This document shows positions 52,421 through 64,000 of a DNA stretch of 64,000 nt, in pieces. The number at the start of each line of letters is the position of its first letter. Within the stretch, counting starts at the first letter, position 1. The DNA is from Dipteris shenzhenensis (Eukaryota), in the NCBI GenBank assembly GCA_047967505.1, contig CM106538.1. One strand, written 5' to 3'. Position numbers and translations under genes: made by a program. The notes below the pieces were generated by a model. It made no database searches. It saw nothing but the letters and a program-made list of their open reading frames with translations, and was not told the DNA's origin.

Positions 52421-53595
52421 CATAAGGCTAGAAATAATCCCTCTTAGAAATCCAACTTGCATGTTCTACATGCAAGTTCTACATGCGAGTTCTACATGCA
52501 ACTCCTACATGCGAGTTCTACATGCGAGTCCTACATGCAAGTTCTACATGCGAGTTCTACATGCAACTCCTACATGCGAGTTCTACATGCCACTCCTACA
52601 TGCGAGTTCTACATGCGAGTTCTACATGCGACTCCTACATGCGAGTTCTACATGCAACTCCTACATGCGAGTTCTACATGCAACTTCTATATGCAAGTTC
52701 TACATGTAGAGAGAGAATGTCTTCCGATTCCTACATGCAGAGAGAAAAGCTCTCTAACTTGTATAAATACCCCATAATGGAATGAAGCCCACACTCTTTG
52801 GGGCATTGTGTTGAGTTCTACTTTGCTATTCCAAGCAATTGTCTCAAGTGTCCATGCTTCCTTGCACTCCACGTCCAAAAGCATGTCCTAACCTTGCAAC
52901 TCCTCCTCCCCTCTCCTCCAACCTTGCAACCCATTCTCTCCCTCTCCTCCTCCCTCCTCCTCCTCCCTCCTCCTCCTCCCTTCTCCTCCTCCCTTCTCCT
53001 CCTCCGTCCTCCTCCTCCTCCTCCCTCCTCTCTCTTCTTTCCCCCATGCTCTTACACCTTCTTCCTCTCCCACTCCTATGCTCCCCGTAAACCCTTAGTT
53101 CCTCAACCCTTAATCTCCATGATCTACAAGGGAGATGAGTTCTCCACCATGTACTCTACTCTAAACCTTGGAACCTCTTCTAAACTCTGGAGCCTCCTTC
53201 TAAACTATGGAACCTCTTTGTAAACCTTGGAACCTCCTTCTAAGCCTTGGACCTCCTTCTAAACCTTGGAACTCCTTCTAACCCTGGAACCTCTTCTAAA
53301 CTCTGGAACCTCCTCCTAACCCTTAAACTCCTCCTAAACCTTGCAACCCCCAATGAAGATGAAAGCCTTCATTACCTCAACCATGATGATACATGTTCCT
53401 TTTACACATGCATGCACTATGTTTGCTTACCACACTTAAGCCTACGTCTCTCAACGAAACACAACTCGAGGTCCTAAGCTACACATATACTACAAATGAC
53501 AACCCTGATATATCTGTAGGTGACAAAAAGCCTCAGAATCCTGCATACTGAGAATACCTTGCTCTTCCTATGGAAGTCGTAGGAAAGAGCCAACA
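52421..53595 (+). repeat. gypsy 3' LTR (recognisable part)
   Basis: Homologous to 37712-38813; ends GCCAACA; 19 copies of the 13-bp unit. Confidence 0.85.
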
Positions 53596-54060
53596 TATAC
53601 AGAGCGGATATTGGTCTACCATTATACTTCAAGCATGGATTATGGCTTGCCTCACTACATTACCGCTATATGTTAGTGGAAAGCCATCTTTTATGATGGA
53701 GCATTTAAATGAGGATATGCAAGTGTCTAGAGGAGATGGAGAGTAGCATGGCAGCTTGAGGTATACCCTCCCCCTCCTCTCTCTATCTCCCCTTCCCCAT
53801 TCCCCCTCTTCCCCCCCCCTTCTCTACAATGGAGGATTGTTAAAAGCGTGCATGAATCGGGGAGCTCCAAGCTCCTTCTTGCCTGTCATACCCTCTATAA
53901 CCTGTAAGCTTACCTCCGGCAGTAGCTACTATACAACCCGACCACCATCTCTTGTTATGATGAGCAATTTGAGGCCATTTTTCCCTACTCAACCACGCTG
54001 CCATTATCTACATGCTCTCTTTGTTTGGCAGTTGCAGCTTACAAATGGAATTATATGAGT

Positions 54061-55185
54061 AGCCTCAAAAGGCTAGTATCAAACTGAGAGCCAATGATGC
54101 AACTGTGTTAAGACGAACATCCTTGGGACAGCACCCGAGATAGCTAAGGGGAGACGTTGCATTGAGGATATCCAGTGTGAACTTGAGATGAGCTTGAGAC
54201 CTAGGTAAGATCTATACTACCTGCATTAATTTGTGCTTGATGAGCAAGAGGTTCGCCATTTTGGATTTTGGAATGGAAGAGGTAGTCGAAGGTCTTACGG
54301 CTTCTCTAGCTATACTCAGTTTCACGCTCTATTGTTGGTAACTATTTAGTGATGGGTGTGTGAATTGTGAAGCCTCAAACTTACTTCAACCATTGCTTCT
54401 ACTGTCGCACGGATTCTTTTCTATGTTGTCAAATGACCAACGGACCTTATCTTCTTTGACGTTAGACAGATCTACTCTCTGGTATTTATCTACAAGGGAA
54501 TAGCTATGGGAGCTGTGAATGAATCTACTATGAGGAGCATGCTCTCTTGTTTCTCTATGAATGCAGTTACACATAGGCACATGGGGTTGGAAGTATGGAA
54601 ACTCGGTTTTAAAAATCTACTATGAGGAGCACGTCGCTTCAAGCTGTGGATCCTTGCAGAATCTCTGGCTCCTTCCAACTATCTCTGATGTTAGCACAAC
54701 AGAGGAGTGGTGTGCTGTTGCTCAGAGCCATAGACATATGTAACTGCGTAATAACTGAGTCATTCATCTTGCCCCTCGGTTTGGGTATACTAGTAAATAT
54801 CTACTGGCTCTACTGTTTGATTGAGAACTTCTGTGAGTACTACGAGAGCTTCACTTGGAACTGCAAACAGCTATGATGAGTGTACCCCAGTGTTGGAAGA
54901 TCGTAGAATAGAGCTACCAGAACTCAAAGCTCATGGCGCAGAGAAATACCAAAATGGCTTTGCGTGAGTTGACCTTTGCCTCGAGTGGAGATGGATTTCC
55001 CTGGCTTTGAAGTTGGCTCCATTTACGACACTCTAAGCCTGTGCGGGACAAACAAATCTATTTATATCACATTAAAAGGTACTTGTTCTAACATATCTAT
55101 TGTGTGGATGGATGCAAGTGAGTGGATCTCCTTCGATAACGTGTGCTATTTGTGCATTTTTAATAACTTTATTGCACAATCTTCA
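54061..55185 (+). pseudogene. Heavily decayed ORF of unknown family
   Basis: The frame of ORF 54561..54743 reads as plausible protein on both sides when stops are read as Arg/Gln (e.g. VIHLAPRFGYTSKYLLALLFD*ELL*VLRELHLELQ). Confidence 0.35.
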
Positions 55186-55261
55186 TCAAACATATCTAGT
55201 GTCTTCCAATCTTATAGATGATGTTCATTTTTGTATGTCAACACCCACAATGCTAGGGGTC

Positions 55262-55332
<71 letters not shown>

Positions 55333-55564
55333 ATACACACACACACATACAATTGTCTCATTAAAAATTCCCACCGTTTCCCCCCCTTTGTTTCCGCTTC
55401 TATGTTTGGTAATTTTTTAAAGCTTTTTGCTTCCCCTTTTAGTATCTATTTTCCCCTTTTTTTTCAGTTTTTACATTCTAATTGTTTTATTTTTTACATT
55501 TTATTAAACCCTTATTAATAATAGTAGGTAACACACACACACACAAAATTTTTGTTTAATATGT

Positions 55565-55614
<50 letters not shown>

Positions 55615-55700
55615 TAATTTTTCACAATTATGAGCTTAATTTACACCTACACTATCACATTTAGACTTAGGCACCCACACACACACACACCCCTACACAT
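55262..55700. repeat. (CT)n/(CA)n microsatellite cluster
   Basis: Directly visible. Confidence 0.9.
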
Positions 55701-57322
55701 TCACACTCACACTTCTCCACCCTAATAATAAATCTCTTGAATTTACCTTTACATTTGTAAAAGGTATCACCTTTATATACATGTATACATGGTATGGGCT
55801 TCCTCATTACACGTATACTTGACCCTGATAGTCGTTGATTTGTAGTGGTTTACCTTTGATGCCTCTAAATGAGTGTCTTTTCACCAAATAATGCAATATA
55901 GATGTGGAAAAAGAGATCATAATTTTTAGTCTTATTGTCCCATAACAAGACCTCACCTTTTATTTCTACAAGTTGTTGCCCCAGTCTTTTGCATGGCTTG
56001 TCTCTCCCCCCTAGTTTTTTTTGTTTCCCCCCTTATATAATATGTTTTGCCCCTCCAATGATTAAGTCCTTTTTATACCCCCACCCCAACACCCCCCACT
56101 CCCTCTTTCTCTTGCTTTTAAACCTCCCAAACCTTTTTTATGCTAACTTAATCTTCTTCTGCTTTTTAATTCTTGTTTATTAACAACCCCCCTTTTTCTT
56201 TTAGGTTTTGTAATTTTTAATTCTTGTTTATTAACAACTCCCCTTTTTCTTTTAGGTTTTGTAATTTTATTCCTTTTATTGATCTGCCCTCCCTCCCCTC
56301 CCCCCCCCCTTTTTTTCCTCTTTTTCTTTTATTTTTTTGACAATTTTCTCTTTATTCTAACTAACCTTGTACTTACCTAACCCCTTGTATCTAACCCCGC
56401 CTCCACCTCACTATTTGCTCCACCGCTTTCCACCTCTTACGTGTGCTCCACCGCCACTGTTCCTTGTGTGTCATTACTCCAATTCTTATCCACGTTATTG
56501 GCGGCTGGCCCTGGTCTTTTCCCTTACGTATCTTCGACCCTGACTTGTGTTGTTCACAAGACTTGTTCTCCTCCTCACTTTTCCTTATCGTCTACTTACA
56601 TGCTATTTGCACGGTGTTCCTCTTCGGCCTACCTTTTTGCCATCTTCTGTCGTCGAAGGTTGCCATAATAGTTAATCCCGCAGCTCCCTATTCATGGCGG
56701 TCTCTCGGGTGGACGGCTTCTCTCCTACCTTCTATGCCTCTTGCATGAGCTCCTTACGATACTCTTGTACATTCTTGGTACACCTCTTCTCACAACTGTG
56801 CTTTAATACTAGGCTTGAAAGCGCTCCATGTCGCCTTTTATCGCAGCTTTGGCGATGTAAAGTAGCAAGAGCTAGCAAGTTGCTTCGTCTCCCGCTTCCC
56901 TTCTTGCAAGAGCTCCGAAGTGGCGACTTATTGCTTGGCGACTTATTTTTAAAGCGCAGACTGTTTGCTTTTACTTGTGCAAACCTTTGCCGTAACCCTT
57001 CTCTCCACAAGTTTACGTCGCAAGCATCCTCTCCTTCTCCAGGCGATGCCCTTAGATGCCCAAGTCTCTGTTTAGACTCTCAGAGTCTTCTTTACAGGCC
57101 CTACCCGTAGCTACCTACTGGGTGCTTCTACGCTGTAGGTAGTCGCCTCCTGTGCTTTTTACTTTGTAAAGTGCCGACCCGTTACACAGTTCTACTGGTA
57201 GCTCTTACCGCCCTCGCTTCCCTTCGTTATTTGAGCATTTTCTTAATAAATATGCTTATGTATAACTCTAATTAGTTGTATTTGGATTTGTAGTTTATTC
57301 TAATTTTTACCCCTTCCTAACT

Positions 57323-57395
57323 TTATATATATACATATATGTATATATACATATATATACATATGTATATGTATATATATACATATATGTGTATG

Positions 57396-57425
<30 letters not shown>
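57323..57425. repeat. (TA)n/TACA/TATG microsatellite
   Basis: Directly visible. Confidence 0.92.
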
Positions 57426-57426
<1 letters not shown>

Positions 57427-59117
57427 TCATTTTACTCCTACCTTTATGTTTATGGTGAAGCCCTTTATTCTATTAGCTAGTCTTTGTATAATTAATTGAT
57501 AACCCTAAAGGTTTATTGATTGCTTTATTATCTTTGGTAAGGGCGTGGACTACCCCCCTTGAGCAAAACTTCTTACTATATAATAATGGGTATTATGCCA
57601 TGGTGTGTTAATGGTTAGGCCTTCACTTTTGAGAGTGGACTACTACCCTTTGATGATCTCTAAGATGTGGACTAATCTCGTTTTGTTTTCTAATGTTATT
57701 TAATTTATTAACACTCTCTTTAATGTTTCCTTATTATTATTCTTTCATTTTTTAAAAGTTATCTCACTATATTCTTTCATTTGTAAGCTATATAATTTTA
57801 TTTTGCTTTGTGATTGTCAGTTTATAAAAGCCCTTTTACCCAATCATTGTTTTAACCCGTAACTCCGTCTAAAATAAACTTTATTTGTATTTTTTCCTTA
57901 ACGTATATTGCCTTCTTATGAGGTTTTGATGACCTTATTGTATTATCTATAAGTCTAATTTTTTCCCCCTTAGCTAACATTTATATTCTTCATCGAAAAA
58001 TCACAAGGGTCCTTTAATTAGCCTTCTTGTCCCCTCCTAATTTTTTTCCGGATAACCCTTCTTATTATTTTGTAAAACTTGTCTAAATTAATAATACAAT
58101 TTGTTTGGCCTTCAATTACCACTCATGGACGAGGATTACCCTCCTTCTTTAACTAATATTTTCATGCATTTCTTCACTCTTGGGCATGGATCCCCCTTAG
58201 GATTTTCATGCATTACTTCACTCTTGGGCATGGATCCCCCCTAGGATTTTTTTCACTTTATCAGAATTTTGTAGAATGTAAATCCCCACTATGTTCTTAA
58301 ATTTCTTTAGGGCTTCCTTTTTTTAGAATTCTGAAAGGTTTGTTCATGTTCTTTGGTAAAGCGATAACAAGCCAGGGGTTACAGGCATTACCTGTCTACC
58401 CAAATTCAACTTCATTGTTCTAACAATTGGTTGGTTTGGATAGTGGCAAGTAAGTGAACCCTGACATTGGAGCTTGGACTACCGGATGGATTCTACACTT
58501 TTGTAAACCTACCTTGTTTGGTTGTAATACCTTCGAAATAAAATTATATCTCATTTCTTTTAAATGTTTTAATCTCCATATTTGAATTATTTATAAATTT
58601 TAATTGTTTAGTTTAAGGCCAATCTATGATTGAATCGATTGTATCGTTTAATTATTGAGGGGATAATGAATTCTAAACACACACACACACACAGCTACAT
58701 TTTTAACATATTTATTTTTTTCCCCATAATTTTTACACTCACTATATTCTATGCTATGACTTTATTCCCATAATTAAGTGATTGATTGTATATGATTCAA
58801 CCCCCTCTTTTTATTCTTTCTTGTTTCTAATTTATTTACTAAAAATTGTTAACATTTTTCTAGTTCTAATAAGGTCCCCCCTTTTTTTTAAATCTAAATT
58901 AATTAAGGTATTCCCTGTCCCTAACACTTTTTATAATTGTTTTTATTGTAGCGCCTTAGATTAATTACTTTTTTAAAAGTAAAGCTATTGCCCCCCGTCC
59001 CCTTTTCCATTTTTACACACACGCACATGCACATACACATTTACATCTTATTTGATTAAGATTCCTACTTGACCCCAACGACATAGCCACGTCGACTTTA
59101 ACTACTTCATGAACTTC

Positions 59118-59315
59118 AATTATATCAAGATATTCCGTAATTTTTTGATATTAGCTCATGTGTCCACCTTTATGAGATATGAATTTAAAATTTTACACCC
59201 CTCTAATTAGTGTCCTAATTATATCAAGATACTCCGTAATTTTTTGATGTTAGTTCATGTGTCCACCTTTATGAGATATGCATTTAAAATTTTACACCCC
59301 TCTAATTAGTGTCCT
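59118..59315. repeat. ~98-bp tandem duplication
   Basis: aattatatcaagata..cccctctaattagtgtcct occurs twice. Confidence 0.85.
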
Positions 59316-60499
59316 GTGTTTTAATCCTCTTATGATGTTTTAAGTAATACCCCCTTGCACGCTTACCACCCTCTTAAACTCTTTTAATTGTGGTTATTAC
59401 CTTTGTATTTTATATGTTTAATTCTCGCCCCTTATTTTAATTTCAATTGGCGCTCTAGTTTTTGTTATAAACCCTAAACTTAAGGTCTTCTACCACCCTA
59501 GTACACCTATTTTATACTCTAAACACCTCTTCACACACACTAAAATCACGTGTTGTTTAGGGGAGAACCTGGGTTGTTACCTTTACACTACTTGACTCTA
59601 CTTGATCCGTGACGGCTTCCCTTTCCCTAGTATTCTGTTGCTTATCTTGTACTCGGTCTCTTTGGAAACTGCTGTTCTTCTCCTTGCGCTTGCTGTTGCT
59701 CTTTCTCCCTGTACTTGTGCAAACTCTCTGTGTGCTTGGGCCTCTTCAGTACCTTACCTTGGGTCCACTACTTCACTCCTTGGTTACGGTCTGGCTCGTC
59801 AAACTTTTAAAGTGATCTTCTTTAGTAATTCAGCATGCTTCAAAGTCTTGTGTCTAGTTGTGTATTTATAGGAAATTCTTTGTTACGTTTCTAACTTTTA
59901 ATTTTACTGCTTGTGCTTCTCTAAGTTTTAGCGCTCTTGGATCTCTATTTAGCACAAGTTTCTGGTAGTACGTTTCTTTATTTTATATATATATAATCAT
60001 TTATTGTCATCAATACTTCAAGGTGGTCGATTGCCTCTATGGCATTGTATATTTTACAAGATAGAAGTAGAGTTGAATTGTGAGAAGACTATGTGATTAA
60101 ATCAATTACTTTATTCTAATTAATTTATTATTTTCAATTACTTTAGTCAAATTGCTTTAATAAGTCTTTCATTTGAGGGAGTGGATCACCCCCCTTCAAT
60201 CGCTTATGGTATTTTTAATTTTACTTGTGAATCTAAACGGTTGTCTATGTTCCTAGGTAAAGCAATAACACGCCAGGGCATACAGGCATTACCTCTCTAC
60301 CCATTTGAAACGATGATGTTCTAACACCTCGTTTTTCTTGGATGGTGGCAGGTAAGTGGACCCTGACCTCAGAGCCTGGACTACTTGATAGATTCGACAT
60401 TTTTACACTAATTCTTGTTAGCAAACTCAATACAAAGAAAAATTCTTTTGCGAGCTCGCCTATTTTCTTTTTTATAAAAGTTTTGGATTGCATTATTAT

Positions 60500-62760
60500 C
60501 TAAAGGTACTTCCATTTAGTTTTTCCAAGCAGTGCTTGCAACTGGGAGATCCTCAACTGAAAGAATTGGTTTGGCTTCTGCTATTTTCTCTGCCTGAACC
60601 TCTTTGTTTGCCATCTTCACCAAAATTCAGACCTGCACTGAGGCATCTTCAAAACTGTAGTCTGTCTATATTGCTTGCTCAGTGCTCGCTGTTCGGCTTT
60701 CTAGTATGAGAAGGGTCTGAGTCGTGACCCCTTCTGGCCCCTTGGTTTGTGAGGTGCCTCCCCCAACCAAGGATTGATGGCCTGAGGTACCCACATGCTC
60801 ACTCCGAATAGGTCAAAGTCGACCAGTCTAACCATCGGTCCCGTCATTGTCCGGTGGTCAGCGATGCAAGTTGTCCAAATGCTCAGCGTACTTAGAGAAG
60901 ACAAATCAGGTGCTGGAGCTATTGATTCTTTTTCATCTTAGCTTGTATCTTTGTGTTCTCCTCCCTTAACACTTGGCCTTCCACGATCGCCTCCCTTAGG
61001 CATGCGTTTTTTTGTTGGAGAGCCTCGAGCTGGTCTCGAGGTACTTGCTGCTACCTATCTTTTGAGACCTTTTTCTGTAGGCATTGCAAGGCATGTTGCA
61101 GCTTAACATTCCTCCTAGCAAGAATGGTGACAACATTTGCCTAGGCCTTGCCTACAGTATCCTTTAGATGCACCACTTCACACTGTAGATTACTAAAGTC
61201 TATTTTTAATGTAGTGTGTGCATATTGCAACTGCACATGGGCATGGACCAAGTCATCTGAAGTGCCTTCTTGCCTTTTAACTGCTCTTGCAGAGACTTGC
61301 ATTCATTGCCAAGTCATGCACAGCTCGGCACAGATTAGCAGTCTATTTTTCAAAGAACTTGGTAACCTCCTTTCGGTACTTAGCTTATAAAAATAAATTA
61401 TTCTCAACTACCTAGGGAGGGATCTAGTGGTTGGCCAAGTAGTTAAGTGCCTGCACTACATGGACCATGTTTTCCCTGAGTACCTGCCACTGACTTTCTA
61501 TGCGTAGTTCGATCTTGGTGATCATCTTTTGTGAGAAGCGTGTCCGGGGAAAATGGCTCGCCGTAGACGCAAGGCTCTAAAGGGGTGAAGGAGGCAGAGG
61601 CAGAGTAAGTAGAGTGAGTGATAGCTACTCTGCCAATGCTCAGCCTGGTGGGATAGCTCTACATCATTTGCTCGGACTTCCTGCTTGGGCGTTTCTTGTT
61701 CATTTGTCTCCTCTCCCTCCTTTATTGCTTTATCTTGGAGGTGCCTTGCTGGATGTTCCCCTCTAGGTCATCCTGTTTCTATCCTTAAACCTTCGGAGGT
61801 GCCTTCATAGCCGTTCCTCTCTTGCTTGTCCTATTTCGGCTCAGAGGTGCCCTCATCATTGTTCCCCTCTAGCCTCTTATCCCCCTACTACTCAATGAGA
61901 TGTCTTTCTTGTTGCTCTTTCTCCTACCGTTCCTATTTATCCTACTCTTACTCCTGCTCTTCCTGTTTTTGCTCTTCCTGTTCCTGATCTTCTTGCTCCT
62001 GTTCATCCTACTCTCGCTCTCGCTCTTCTTGTTCCTTCTCTTCCTACTCTATTCTTGCTCACCCTGCTCTTGTTTTCCTACTCACCTTTCCCTTCCTACT
62101 GAGTGCCCAATGGTTCAGCTTCGCTTCATGGTAGTGCTCCAGGCCAAGGAACCTACCCTGACATCAACCTATGGTAGAGCATGCACAAGTGGGGGGAAAC
62201 CTTACAGTGGGTCTAGCCTCGGTGGACTACTCATAGTTGGTTCTCGAATGCCTCCTCAAAAATTGAGAACTAGTTGACCATCACCTGGTCTTCCACTGTG
62301 GTGATGACCCGAGCCATGTATTGCCTTGAGACATACCCCATGCTCTTCTTGAGTTTGATGAACTCATACAGGAACCTGCGGGTGGCCTTCAAGCCCTCAT
62401 CCTCAGCCTTGTTGATCAAATACCCTTGTGAGGATGAGCCGCCTCCTTTGAAGTACGCAATGTAGTGCTTGGTGTTCACTAGCTTTGTAGAAGTGGTGCG
62501 CTACTTCAGCTAGAAGCCTTCTTCAGTAAGTCAGAGGTGATCCTTATATGTGCATTTCATTGATGATGAGACTGTGGTCATCCACATCATATGAGTCTAG
62601 GATCTCCTTCGCCAACTCCTTGTTGTAAGCATCCCTCCATGGCAGTTATGCAAATTCCAAGATGCCTCTGAGGACGTCATTGGACTAGCCAGACCCTAGC
62701 CAGCGGCGATTGATGCTTTGGAAACAACTTGACCAGTCATGCATTCATGTCAACAGACAT
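60500..62760 (-). pseudogene. Decayed TE-derived ORF: Athila ORF1 / plant-transposon-protein-like N-terminal domain, E/K-rich linker, coiled-coil-like region
   Basis: GILEFA*LPWRDAYNKELAKEILDSYDVDDHSLII..RITSDLLKKAF, then ORF 62270..62479, then EQE/EKE repeats at 61900-62100. Confidence 0.5.
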
Positions 62761-64000
62761 GAATCCTATCACCATAGTTGCATTATTCATATCTCTCATG
62801 TCGTTGCCCAAGACATCCCAAAATTCTTTGCAAAACTCTGTCGGGGAAGCCACCCAAATTGGGTGCTCTATCATTCTCCATGGAGTTTAAGGCTTTTGCA
62901 AGCTCTGAATTGCACAGAATAGACAATTAATTACTCGCTCATTTCCATTGAATCAAACTAACTTGATACGACCAAGCCACCTCGGCTTGCAATGGACACG
63001 CCCTAACCTAGCAGCTCAGGTCAGCAGAGGAAGAGAACTCGGCACACTGGTCTCTTGTTCTCTTCTCTACCTATTACAATCAAAATAACTACCTAAAGAA
63101 CCGCCTTCTAAAAGAGTGTGCCCTTGGTGCGCCAACCTCCATTCATCTATTGGCTGCATCGCCCCAATCAACTACACCTCTGCTACAAAATGGGTGCTCT
63201 ATCGCCTCCACTATTCCTCGCTCCTAATCGAGGTATGCTCAGTGACCACATGCAATTGTTCACCTAACCTAGGGCTAATCCAAGGCTAAACCAGGGGCTA
63301 ACATTATCCAATAGAGGTCTTCAAGAGTACAAAGCACCTCTCTTTCAATTTTAAAGTAGGAGATGTTTATCTCTGGCATCTGCAAGAGTCAACCTAGCCC
63401 CATCTTGGAATTGATTTTCCACTTGTACCATTGGGAATAGCAATCGGAAGTGCACCTTTAGTTGCATCCTTTTCACGACGGTGATAGTGCTTCCTAATAT
63501 GGGGTTGTCCCTCTCCTTGAGCTGGCTGCATATCTAAAACATTTGAGAGAGAAGAATCTTAATGTGGCAACTTAACTGGAGTCTGAGAGGTAGAGGGAAT
63601 ATCAACTTGAGAACCCAAATCAACTGAAGGACCGAAATCAGCATCATCCTCAAACTGAACAATATCGAGAGGTGAATGAGGTCATTTGCAAATAAGAAAG
63701 TAGCAGAAGGTCAAGTATTAGAATTTGAATAAGAAGAGCAATTGTCATTTGTGCAGATGAGGATCCTAAAAGTCACTGATGATGGTATGGATGATAACAC
63801 AACCTCTTTGGATGGTCCCTACTATGAGGTAGGCAAGGTTATGAGATGGAGCATGCAATTTTTGAAGATTAGAATGAGACATGTGGTTTTCAATGCTAAA
63901 GCTAAGATATAATACAATATCGAAGGACTTAAAAATGTGCCCACTTACCTAAGCTCTCTTCCTATAAAAGTGGATGATTTCAATGTTGAATCTTCTGTAC

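Larger units (their letters stand above)
37712..53595 (+). mobile_element. Ty3/gypsy LTR retrotransposon (non-chromovirus, Athila/Tat-like), degenerate, with nested insertions
   Basis: ~1.1-kb direct repeats ending GCCAACA, PBS after the left copy, and gag-PR-RT-RH-INT order. The LTR 5' boundary is uncertain. Confidence 0.88.

Noticed and set aside
60340-60362. U1 snRNA-like ACTTACCTG on the minus strand
   Set aside because: Only the short splice-site complement matches; following sequence does not resemble U1.
63600-64000. Possible coding fragment at the right edge
   Set aside because: Interrupted, no recognisable motif, and cut by the window end.

Overview
Gene-poor eukaryotic heterochromatin from a land plant (possibly a fern; inference), made almost entirely of nested transposon debris. 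No intact host gene is present. The window holds: (i) a decayed stand-alone SET-domain ORF at the left edge; (ii) five copies of one Ty1/copia family with ~170-bp LTRs, of which one is full-length and young (26260-32179, TSD TGGAC), one is internally deleted (40304-43712, TSD TCCCT) and three are truncated and nested at 0.45-13 kb; (iii) a 7.5-kb scrambled satellite of three ~150-160-bp monomers, plus a related ~65-bp array built on the palindrome GGAGAATGGCAC-NN-GTGCCATTCTCC; (iv) between those arrays, a deletion-compressed LRR receptor-kinase ectodomain pseudogene; (v) a DUF7869/Sola-like DDE transposase pseudogene with N-terminal TNP1-like repeats, split in frame by the young copia and followed by a decayed FCP1/NIF HAD-phosphatase ORF; (vi) a Ty3/gypsy (Athila/Tat-like) element with four Gag zinc knuckles, an extra 3' ORF, minisatellite-bearing LTRs, and a solo LTR and a copia nested in its 5' UTR; (vii) an AT-rich tail with decayed ORFs and microsatellites. 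All family assignments come from motif recognition by eye, not database searches.
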